Source: Thermococci archaeon (GTDB lineage: Archaea; Hadarchaeota; B88-G9). From it: a DNA stretch of 21,893 nucleotides. A program made the translations under genes and the position numbers. Numbering within the stretch: position 1 is the stretch's first letter; the number at the start of each line of letters is the position of its first letter. The notes beneath the pieces are model-generated. The model saw only the letters and a program-made list of their open reading frames with translations. It did no database searches and had not been told where the DNA came from. The stretch is taken from the NCBI GenBank assembly GCA_003660555.1, contig QMUK01000007.1:1-21893 (forward strand), given 5' to 3'. Of the stretch, positions 8,685-15,712 are shown one piece after another.

Positions 8685-8722
8685 AAAAAAATACCACCAC
8701 GGAGAGACTATAAGAGACTCTC
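8685..8722 (-). terminator. Hairpin (GAGAGuC-loop-GuCUCUC) followed about 10 nt later by U7 on the minus strand. Candidate terminator for the 9946->8861 transcript.
   Basis: Near-palindrome GAGAGACTATAAGAGACTCTC at 8702-8722 and an A7 run at 8685-8691 on the plus strand (T7 on minus). Archaeal termination typically uses oligo-T tracts. Confidence 0.3.
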
Positions 8723-8772
8723 GTCGAATGCATGTTCGTGGATGTATGAGAGTAAGTGTAACCAAGTCCGAG

Positions 8773-8832
8773 TTACTGCGTAACAATCATCGAGAGAGTG
8801 AGGATAACCCAAATTAGTAGTCTGAACTTCAT
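8773..8832 (-). CDS. Candidate 19-aa hydrophobic micropeptide (MKFRLLIWVILTLSMIVTQ), preceded by GGAGGAG 7-8 nt upstream of its ATG
   Basis: My own translation of the minus strand. A strong Shine-Dalgarno-like GAGGAGGAG lies immediately 5' of the ATG, 28 nt downstream of the stop of the secreted-protein gene. Sequence-only and speculative. Confidence 0.25.
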   Translation of the reverse strand: MKFRLLIWVILTLSMIVTQ

Positions 8833-8860
8833 CGGGACACTCCTCCTCTCTAATTGGAAA

Positions 8861-9946
8861 TCACAAGTTAATTAAGGAAGAGTATACTAGAGCTCCCCAG
8901 TTCCCTATTAGATCTCTTAAGCTAATTAGGTGTTCTCCTGGGGATATCAACTGATTTGAGCCAACATCTATGAGAATTGACCCATAGTGTGGTATTTCCT
9001 TGACATATATCGGGTTTATGTGCAAGTCTACTAAGAACACTCCAGATTGTGTCATTACCCCATAGGGAGGAATACTCTCTCCTTCTTCATCTGGAATGAA
9101 CTCCACTTCGATGACGTAATATACCTCCTCCGGATAATGCATTTCGTCCACTTCTCGATCCTTCCTTATTAGTTCAGATGCTCCCGGTGCTATCTGGTCT
9201 ATGTTTTGGTAAACTGCTTGTATTGGGCCAATTCCATTCCCTAATATTAATATTTTCATCCCAATTCCGTCTTCATATGCTCCTGACTGTTTCCTTCCCT
9301 CTATACAATTGTTTATGGATTGCACAGCTAAGTTTTGGTTCCCTTGGAACCAGAACCCATCTATTATTAGGACGAGGAAATCGTTGCTCCTACAAGTAGT
9401 CGGATCAGATATTTCGTCGATGAGGAGCACTTGAACCCTCTCGTGTAGTTTGTAGCCTAGAGGTGTATCTGGTACTGCATTCGCCCACAATGTCTTTTGA
9501 ATTACACTCATTGCATCTTGGGCTCTCTGTGAGTTTGGATATCCAAGATATGCTATTATGAACTCTTCCGATGCGAATCTAAAATGGGATTCTAGTCCGG
9601 GATCCCAGTAGATAAAGGTATCCTTTGCTTCTTGAGGCAACTCCTCCCAAGGTATTCCATTGGAAATTGCCCACTCTCTCAATTCGTATGAGTATTCCTC
9701 CTCTGCAATCACTTGAGGAATTGTCTCTCTACCAATCGTTTTTCTCGACTTACTAGTTTTTTCAAATGTTTGTGGCCTCTTCTCTTCTCTCAATTGAATG
9801 CTTGAAGTTGTGGAATCCTGCTTCAATCTATCATCTTCTCTTATCACGATTACACTTGGGCTGTTCATCGAGTGAATCAGGGCTGAGAGAGATATGGCCA
9901 AGGCCAATAAGACTAGGACTAAAGCTAGCCTAGACTCTTCCAACAT
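8861..9946 (-). CDS. Hypothetical signal-anchored / secreted protein with no recognised domain
   Basis: The ORF is open to 9991, but the ATG at 9946 sits about 30 nt downstream of the TATA. It gives MLEESRLALVLVLLALAISLSALIHS (signal peptide/TM anchor) followed by about 330 aa of hydrophilic sequence. Confidence 0.55.
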   Translation of the reverse strand: MLEESRLALVLVLLALAISLSALIHSMNSPSVIVIREDDRLKQDSTTSSIQLREEKRPQTFEKTSKSRKTIGRETIPQVIAEEEYSYELREWAISNGIPWEELPQEAKDTFIYWDPGLESHFRFASEEFIIAYLGYPNSQRAQDAMSVIQKTLWANAVPDTPLGYKLHERVQVLLIDEISDPTTCRSNDFLVLIIDGFWFQGNQNLAVQSINNCIEGRKQSGAYEDGIGMKILILGNGIGPIQAVYQNIDQIAPGASELIRKDREVDEMHYPEEVYYVIEVEFIPDEEGESIPPYGVMTQSGVFLVDLHINPIYVKEIPHYGSILIDVGSNQLISPGEHLISLRDLIGNWGALVYSSLINL

Positions 9947-9974
9947 ATCACCCTTTTTACCAAAGGTGGATCGA

Positions 9975-9986
9975 GTATATATATCG
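9975..9986 (-). promoter_or_regulatory. TATA box (GTATATATATCG) about 30 nt upstream of the ATG at 9946
   Basis: It lies inside the longer TTG-initiated reading frame, which argues for the downstream ATG as the true start. Confidence 0.4.
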
Positions 9987-10146
9987 GTCAAAACCTCGTA
10001 ATCCGAAAAGACTTCTCACGACTCTCTGGGATTTTCCAGAGAATAATTCGAATGCATATTGAAAATTCAGGCCCTTTAAGTACTATGAGAAGATTTCTGA
10101 TCCTTTTGGTTGAAAGTAGGGGTTTCGTCTCTAGAGCAGAGGAAAG

Positions 10147-10159
10147 GTTTATAAAAAAG
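10147..10159 (+). promoter_or_regulatory. BRE/TATA (GAAAGG-TTTATAAAAAAG) about 27 nt upstream of tRNA-Pro. Likely promoter of the tRNA-Pro plus eno operon.
   Basis: Textbook archaeal TATA (TTTATAAAA) with an upstream purine-rich BRE. Confidence 0.55.
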
Positions 10160-10178
10160 AGCCCAAGTCCTCGACTGA

Positions 10179-10254
10179 GGGGCCGTAGGGTAGCCTGGCA
10201 TCCTCCCAGCCTGGGGCGCTGGTGACCCGGGTTCGAATCCCGGCGGCCCCACCA
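10179..10254 (+). tRNA. tRNA-Pro (GGG). Encoded CCA.
   Basis: Acceptor GGGGCCG/CGGCCCC, anticodon stem CCAGC/GCUGG with loop CUGGGGC (anticodon GGG, G37), T-arm CCGGG-TTCGAAT-CCCGG, discriminator A. In the D-arm region, the hand fold leaves one extra nucleotide. Confidence 0.8.
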
Positions 10255-10267
10255 GGCTGGTGTTGCC

Positions 10268-11521
10268 ATGGAGCAGTTACCCATAGAAGAGGTAATAGGC
10301 AGGAAAGTGTTCGACAGTAGAGGTAGCGAAACCATAGAGGCTGAAGTATGGACTAGGGAAAGCGTAGGCAGGGCCATAGCCCCATCTGGGAAAAGCATAG
10401 GGAGAAATGAGGTAAGGGCGTTTCCAAAGGGAGGAGTGAGTGAGGCTCTAGCTAAACTCAAGAAGGACGTCTCCAGAGTACTAAAAGGAAAGAACTCTTT
10501 GAATCAGGAGGAAATAGATAGTGCGATACTGAGAGTCGATGGAACAGAAGACCTCTCTTCAATAGGGGGTAGTCTAGCATTTGCCGTTTCAATGGCAAAC
10601 CTAGAAGCGGCTAGTAACTACTGGGAAACTCCGATCTACAAATACTTGGGAGGAATAAGGGCCAGGGAATTACCATATCCTCTAGGAAACGTAGTGGGAG
10701 GAGGATCTCATACCATGTGGGGGGCAGACATACAGGAGTTCCTAGTACTGCCCACTGGAGCTGAGGACATATACCAAGCCCTAGAAACCAACATAGAAAT
10801 ACATCGCCTAGTTGGGGAGGAACTCAAGAAGTTAGACAAGACTTTCACTGGAGGGAAAGGAGACGAGGGGGCTTGGGCACCCAATTTGAAGAGCGACGAG
10901 ATACTCGAAGTCATGAGTAGGATCTGTGAGAACTATGAAAAGGACGTTGGAATGGAAGTCAGATTGGGGATAGACTTAGCTGCCTCTTCCTTGTGGAATG
11001 GGAAGCATTATCATTACAAGAGAGAAGGAATAAAGAGAAGTCCTGAAGAACAGATGGAGTACGTAATTTCCCTCATAGACGAGTATGGAGTGAAATACAT
11101 AGAGGATCCATTTCACGAGGAAGACTTCGATTCCTTCTCCACACTAACAGAAGAAAAGGGGAAGGAGGTGCTCATTTGCGGAGACGACCTATTCACAACT
11201 AACAAAGAGAGGCTCGAAACTGGTATGAAAAGAGGAGCGTGCAATTCCCTGATAATAAAGGTGAATCAGGTAGGAGTTCTCTCAAAGGCCTTGGAGACTC
11301 TAGAAGTAGCTATGTCTAGCGGATACATTCCCATAATATCCCATAGATCTGGAGAGAGCTGTGATCCTAAGATATCTCACTTGGCAGTTGGTCTCAGAAT
11401 ACCCATTGCCAAAATAGGAATACTCGGGGGCGAAAGGGTCTCCAAGGCCAATGAACTAATAAGAATTTGGGAGGATTTGGGGAGTCCGAAAATGGTTGAA
11501 CTACCTAAGCAGTTGAGGTGA
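10268..11521 (+). CDS. eno: Enolase (phosphopyruvate hydratase)
   Basis: 417 aa. [25 protein letters not shown] and [10 protein letters not shown] match enolase catalytic and signature regions. It starts 13 nt after tRNA-Pro. Confidence 0.9.
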   Translation: MEQLPIEEVIGRKVFDSRGSETIEAEVWTRESVGRAIAPSGKSIGRNEVRAFPKGGVSEALAKLKKDVSRVLKGKNSLNQEEIDSAILRVDGTEDLSSIGGSLAFAVSMANLEAASNYWETPIYKYLGGIRARELPYPLGNVVGGGSHTMWGADIQEFLVLPTGAEDIYQALETNIEIHRLVGEELKKLDKTFTGGKGDEGAWAPNLKSDEILEVMSRICENYEKDVGMEVRLGIDLAASSLWNGKHYHYKREGIKRSPEEQMEYVISLIDEYGVKYIEDPFHEEDFDSFSTLTEEKGKEVLICGDDLFTTNKERLETGMKRGACNSLIIKVNQVGVLSKALETLEVAMSSGYIPIISHRSGESCDPKISHLAVGLRIPIAKIGILGGERVSKANELIRIWEDLGSPKMVELPKQLR

Positions 11522-12132
11522 TGTTCTTGGAAGGAGACACTTTACTCGCGCCAATAGACAAATATCTCAGGGCTGGTGTCCACATAGGAACCCAGCAAAA
11601 GACCAAAGACATGGAACCCTACATATATAAAGTAAGACCAGATGGCCTATATGTTTTGGACGTTAGAAAAACCGATGAGAGGATAAGAATAGTTGCCAAG
11701 TTCTTAGCCAGGTTCGATCCCAGTTCCATATTGGTGGTGTCTGCTAGGCAATACGGACATCAGCCAGTGAGGAAGTTCGCTGAAGTAATAGGAGCCAATG
11801 CCATTCCGGGGAGATATGTGCCTGGCACCCTAACGAATCCCAGCACCAAGTATTACTTGGAGCCAGAAGTGCTACTGGTCACGGATCCTAGAGCGGACTC
11901 TAATGCTTTGAACGAGGCCTCGGAAATAGGAATACCAGTTATAGCATTGTGTGACACAGACAACTTGATGAGGTTCGTTGATTTGGTAATCCCAACGAAC
12001 AACAAAGGAAGGAAGGCACTGGTCTTGGTCTACTGGTTGCTGGCTAGGCAAGTGTTAAGAGAGAGGGGAGACATACCACCGGACGGAGAACTGGAAGTAC
12101 CCGAGGAGGAATTCGAAACTAAGCTGGTGTAG
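11518..12132 (+). CDS. rps2: 30S ribosomal protein S2 (uS2)
   Basis: 204 aa. [13 protein letters not shown]...[20 protein letters not shown]...[11 protein letters not shown] is typical archaeal uS2. ATGA overlap with eno. The eno-rps2 linkage is conserved in archaea. Confidence 0.9.
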   Translation: MMFLEGDTLLAPIDKYLRAGVHIGTQQKTKDMEPYIYKVRPDGLYVLDVRKTDERIRIVAKFLARFDPSSILVVSARQYGHQPVRKFAEVIGANAIPGRYVPGTLTNPSTKYYLEPEVLLVTDPRADSNALNEASEIGIPVIALCDTDNLMRFVDLVIPTNNKGRKALVLVYWLLARQVLRERGDIPPDGELEVPEEEFETKLV

Positions 12133-12140
12133 GGATAAGA

Positions 12141-12983
12141 ATGAGGAGATATCCGGCTGTATCTGGTATGTTCTATCCTTCAGACGAAGAAAGTTTGAGA
12201 AAGGAAATAGAGAGATGTTTTAACCATGAATTAGGGCCAAGAGATAGCGAGCCTGCCCCTCCTGAGGAGATAATTGGAGGAGTCTCTCCTCACGCTGGAT
12301 ACATGTATTCTGGGCCAGTGGCTGCCCATATCTATAACAGAGTGAGGGAGAAGAATCCAGAGAGAGTGGTGATAATAGGGCCGAATCACACCGGGTGGGG
12401 TGCTGCGATCTCAGTCTATCCTGAAGGTTACTGGGTAACGCCTCTAGGAGAGATCAAAGTCTCTGAGGAACTATCTGAGGAGCTCTCTAAGAGGGCTTCA
12501 ATAGTTACCCTCGAAGAAGAAGCTCACATAAACGAACACAGTATAGAAGTTCAATTGCCATTCCTTCAGTTCTTGTTCGGCAATTCCTTCGAAATTCTTC
12601 CTATTTGCCTGATGTTCCAAGACTTGAATACTTCGATCGAGTTGGGCAAAGCGATATCTGAAATAATAGACGCTGAAAGCGACATGGTAATAGCTTCTAG
12701 CGACTTCTCGCACTATGAGCCATATGAAGTAGCTGTGAAAAAAGATAGAGAAGCAATAAATGAGATAATGAAATTGGATGAGAGAAAATTTTACGAAGTA
12801 ATCGAGGGAAAAGCAATAAGTGTCTGTGGCCCAGGAGCAATCTCTGCCTTAATGGTCTGCTCGAAGAAGCTCGGATTCGATGCACCAAACTTGTTGAAGT
12901 ATGCTAATAGCGGAGATGTAACAGGTAACCTAGGAGAAGTTGTAGGATATGCTAGTATTTCGTTTGAGAGGAAACAAAGATGA
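12141..12983 (+). CDS. MEMO1-family protein (UPF0103 / AmmeMemoRadiSam system protein B)
   Basis: 280 aa. VSPHAGYMYSGPVAA and SSDFSHYEP motifs. It occupies the conserved position immediately upstream of mvk in archaeal mevalonate clusters. Confidence 0.8.
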   Translation: MRRYPAVSGMFYPSDEESLRKEIERCFNHELGPRDSEPAPPEEIIGGVSPHAGYMYSGPVAAHIYNRVREKNPERVVIIGPNHTGWGAAISVYPEGYWVTPLGEIKVSEELSEELSKRASIVTLEEEAHINEHSIEVQLPFLQFLFGNSFEILPICLMFQDLNTSIELGKAISEIIDAESDMVIASSDFSHYEPYEVAVKKDREAINEIMKLDERKFYEVIEGKAISVCGPGAISALMVCSKKLGFDAPNLLKYANSGDVTGNLGEVVGYASISFERKQR

Positions 12984-14002
12984 AAATAAGGGCGTCTTCT
13001 CCGGGGAAAGCAATACTCTTCGGAGAACACGCCGTAGTATACGGAGAACCTGCCATAGTCACTGCAATAGATAGAAGAACCTACGTAGAGGTTGAAGACT
13101 CAAAGAACATAGAGATAACCTCGGAAGATTTGGAAGTAAAAGGAATAAGGATAAGGCCGGGAAAGAGATTCGAAACCAAGGAGGACGTCTCCTTTAGAAG
13201 GGCCTCATACATTTTCACTGCTATTAAAGTCCTAGAAGACGAAATAGGGAAGATAAATGGAGCTAGAGTTGAAATAAAGTCTGATATACCTATAGCATCA
13301 GGACTGGGATCATCTGCAGCTTTAGTGGTACCTCTAATAGCTTCCCTAGCCTTTCACTCAGGACACGAACTTAGCAAAGATGAAATTAGGAAATTAGGCT
13401 GGAGAGTTGAAGAAGAAGTCCAAGGAGCTTCCAGTGGAGTAGATACAACAATAGCAACATTTGGAGGAACGATCCTATACAGAAGAGGATCATATAAGGA
13501 GATAAGATGCAAAGTCCCTCTAGTAATAGGGTTCTCAGGCAAGGGAAGCAGTACTAAGAGAGCCCTTGAGGAAGTCAGGAGAAGAATGAGGAAGAATCCA
13601 GAGATCATCAGAGGAATAATGAGAGGAATAGGTCAAATAACAAGAAAAGCAGTAATAGCCATAAGACAAAACAATTTAGAAGATCTTGGAGAGCTAATGA
13701 ACTTGAATCAGGGCCTCCTATACTCCCTGGGAGTTTCCTCTAGGGAATTGGATTCCATGATTAGGTGTTCCTTGGAAGCGGGTGCCTTGGGTGCTAAGAT
13801 AACCGGAGCCGGTATGGGTGGCTGTGTAATAGCTATACCGAACAGAAATGAGGTTAGAGTCGGTATTAGATTGGGGGGAGGAATCCCAATACCTGTCAGG
13901 ACTGGAGAGAGGGGATTGGAAATTGAAAGTGTTGAAGATCGGGGGAAGCGTAATAACAAGGAAGAAGGAGGGGAAAGGGGAGGTAAAAGAAGGAGTGGTT
14001 AA
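12980..14002 (+). CDS. mvk: Mevalonate kinase (GHMP kinase)
   Basis: ASSPGKAILFGEHAVVYGEPAIV N-terminus, PIASGLGSSAA GHMP motif and KITGAGMGGCVIAI C-terminal motif. The last ~20 aa (RGKRNNKEEGGERGGKRRSG) are low-complexity and are read through the ipk start in another frame. Confidence 0.85.
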   Translation: MKIRASSPGKAILFGEHAVVYGEPAIVTAIDRRTYVEVEDSKNIEITSEDLEVKGIRIRPGKRFETKEDVSFRRASYIFTAIKVLEDEIGKINGARVEIKSDIPIASGLGSSAALVVPLIASLAFHSGHELSKDEIRKLGWRVEEEVQGASSGVDTTIATFGGTILYRRGSYKEIRCKVPLVIGFSGKGSSTKRALEEVRRRMRKNPEIIRGIMRGIGQITRKAVIAIRQNNLEDLGELMNLNQGLLYSLGVSSRELDSMIRCSLEAGALGAKITGAGMGGCVIAIPNRNEVRVGIRLGGGIPIPVRTGERGLEIESVEDRGKRNNKEEGGERGGKRRSG

Positions 14003-14654
14003 GAGGATATCCCAAGAGATATCCAAGGCTTATGATTCCGAGTTGATATTAGTCCATGGAGCAGGTTCGTTCGGCCACCCAATTGCCAATGAGTTCCGTC
14101 TCAGAGATGGGTTAAATGAAGAGAACGTCCTCGGCTCAATAGACACCATTCTGTCTGTCAGAAGTCTGAACACTATCCTGGTTAGGGAGCTAAGGAGAAA
14201 TAGTGTTCCAGCTTTTCCTATTTCTCCATCCTCTGCTTTTACACTAGAAAACGGAGAAATATTGTCATTTTTCGAAGACGTCATAGAAACATGCTTAAGC
14301 ACAGGATTTCTTCCGATTCTATATGGTGATGTTGTCTTAGACAAAAAGAAAGGATTTGATATACTCTCTGGGGACAAAATAACGGTTCATCTAGCAAAGA
14401 AGTACGGTGGGATAGCGATTTTCTTAAGTGACACGCTAGTCTTAGATGGTGAGGGAAATCCCATAGAAGAGTTGAGAGGTAGAGAGTTTCGTGACCTAGG
14501 GACGAGTGGACCGGACGTTACTGGAGGAATGTACGGGAAAATAAGAGAAATTCTATCCTATGGTGTTGAAGCCATAATAGTGCCATTCAAACCAGGAAAC
14601 TTGGAGAGAGTACTCAAGGGGGAGGAGTGCGAGTGCACGAGAGTAATTCCATGA
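13929..14654 (+). CDS. ipk: Isopentenyl phosphate kinase (amino-acid kinase family)
   Basis: (M)LKIGGSVIT...LILVHGAGSFGHP...ISGDKI...DVTGGM aligns with archaeal IPK signatures throughout. The start is GTG 13929 (or TTG 13923/13932), chosen so that the conserved LKIGGS begins the protein. Confidence 0.85.
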   Translation: MLKIGGSVITRKKEGKGEVKEGVVKRISQEISKAYDSELILVHGAGSFGHPIANEFRLRDGLNEENVLGSIDTILSVRSLNTILVRELRRNSVPAFPISPSSAFTLENGEILSFFEDVIETCLSTGFLPILYGDVVLDKKKGFDILSGDKITVHLAKKYGGIAIFLSDTLVLDGEGNPIEELRGREFRDLGTSGPDVTGGMYGKIREILSYGVEAIIVPFKPGNLERVLKGEECECTRVIP

Positions 14655-15712
14655 CCGAGAATAGGAAGTGGGATCACATAGAAATATGTCTGAAGAAAGA
14701 GATAGAGTCCACAGTATCCAATGGATTGGAAGACGTGAAGTTAATACACAATCCTCTTCCCGAGATCGACCTAGAGGAAATCGACACCAGGGTAGAATTT
14801 CTGGGAAGGGAATTCTCTCTTCCGGTAGTAATATCGGGAATGACCGGTGGGAATCCGAGAACAAAGAAAATAAACGAAGTATTGGCCAGAATATCAGAAG
14901 AATTCCGTATTCCAATGGGACTTGGAAGTCAAAGAGCTGCCATAGAGAATCCGGAGTTAGAGGATACCTATTCAATAGCTAGAGAAGTTGCCCCAAATGC
15001 CTTTCTGATAGGAAACTTAGGTGCTGTTCAACTAAATGAGTACACTATAGACGAAATAGAGAGGGCCATTGAAATGATTGACGCAAATGCAATGGCATTA
15101 CATCTAAATCCTCTGCAAGAGGCCATACAACCAGAGGGGGATACTAATTTCTCTGGTCTATCTGATAAGATATCAGAGATAGCTAAGGAAATAAGAGTGC
15201 CGCTAATAGTGAAGGAGGTAGGATCTGGAATACCAATGGAAGTAGCTGAAACGTTAGAGAGATCAGGAGTAAGTGCCATAGATGTGCAAGGTCTGGGAGG
15301 AACTAGTTGGGCAGCGGTTGAGGCTGAAAGGTCAGATGGAGTTTTCAAGAGAATTGGCGAGGAATTTAGAGACTGGGGAATAAAGACTTCAATGTCTTTA
15401 ATAGAAGTCTTACATTCTGCTCCTAAAGTTGAGGTCATAGCTAGTGGTGGAATAAGAAGGGGTTCAGAGATTGCCAAAGCAATTGCTTTAGGTGCAAGTG
15501 CCGCTGGGATAGCTCTTCCAATACTCAGGGCAGTTGTAAAAGGGGAGGAGTTTCTCAGGATGGAACTAGAGTATTTGAGAAAGGGGTTAGAGATCACCAT
15601 GTTCTTGACTGGCAGCAGAAACATAGAGGAGCTGAGGAGGGCCAAGTTAGTCCTAACAGGAGAGACTAGGGAGTGGTTAGAGTGGAGAGGAATAAAGAGT
15701 TGGAGGAGATAA
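14651..15712 (+). CDS. fni: Isopentenyl-diphosphate delta-isomerase, type 2 (FMN-dependent)
   Basis: MTENRKWDHIEICL... N-terminus and the TIM-barrel FMN-enzyme pattern (VISGMTGG, GGIRRGSEIAKAIALGA). ATGA overlap with ipk. Confidence 0.9.
   Translation: MTENRKWDHIEICLKKEIESTVSNGLEDVKLIHNPLPEIDLEEIDTRVEFLGREFSLPVVISGMTGGNPRTKKINEVLARISEEFRIPMGLGSQRAAIENPELEDTYSIAREVAPNAFLIGNLGAVQLNEYTIDEIERAIEMIDANAMALHLNPLQEAIQPEGDTNFSGLSDKISEIAKEIRVPLIVKEVGSGIPMEVAETLERSGVSAIDVQGLGGTSWAAVEAERSDGVFKRIGEEFRDWGIKTSMSLIEVLHSAPKVEVIASGGIRRGSEIAKAIALGASAAGIALPILRAVVKGEEFLRMELEYLRKGLEITMFLTGSRNIEELRRAKLVLTGETREWLEWRGIKSWRR

Noticed and set aside
8755-8775. AAGUCCG-like motif reminiscent of RNase P RNA P4
   Set aside because: No accompanying CR-I/CR-V motifs (GGAAAGUCCGGGC, ACNRAA...GGCUUA) or P1-P4 pairing partners are present. 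It is an isolated 7-mer.
9988-10461. 157 aa minus-strand ORF
   Set aside because: It reads antisense straight through tRNA-Pro, its promoter and the enolase start. Spurious.
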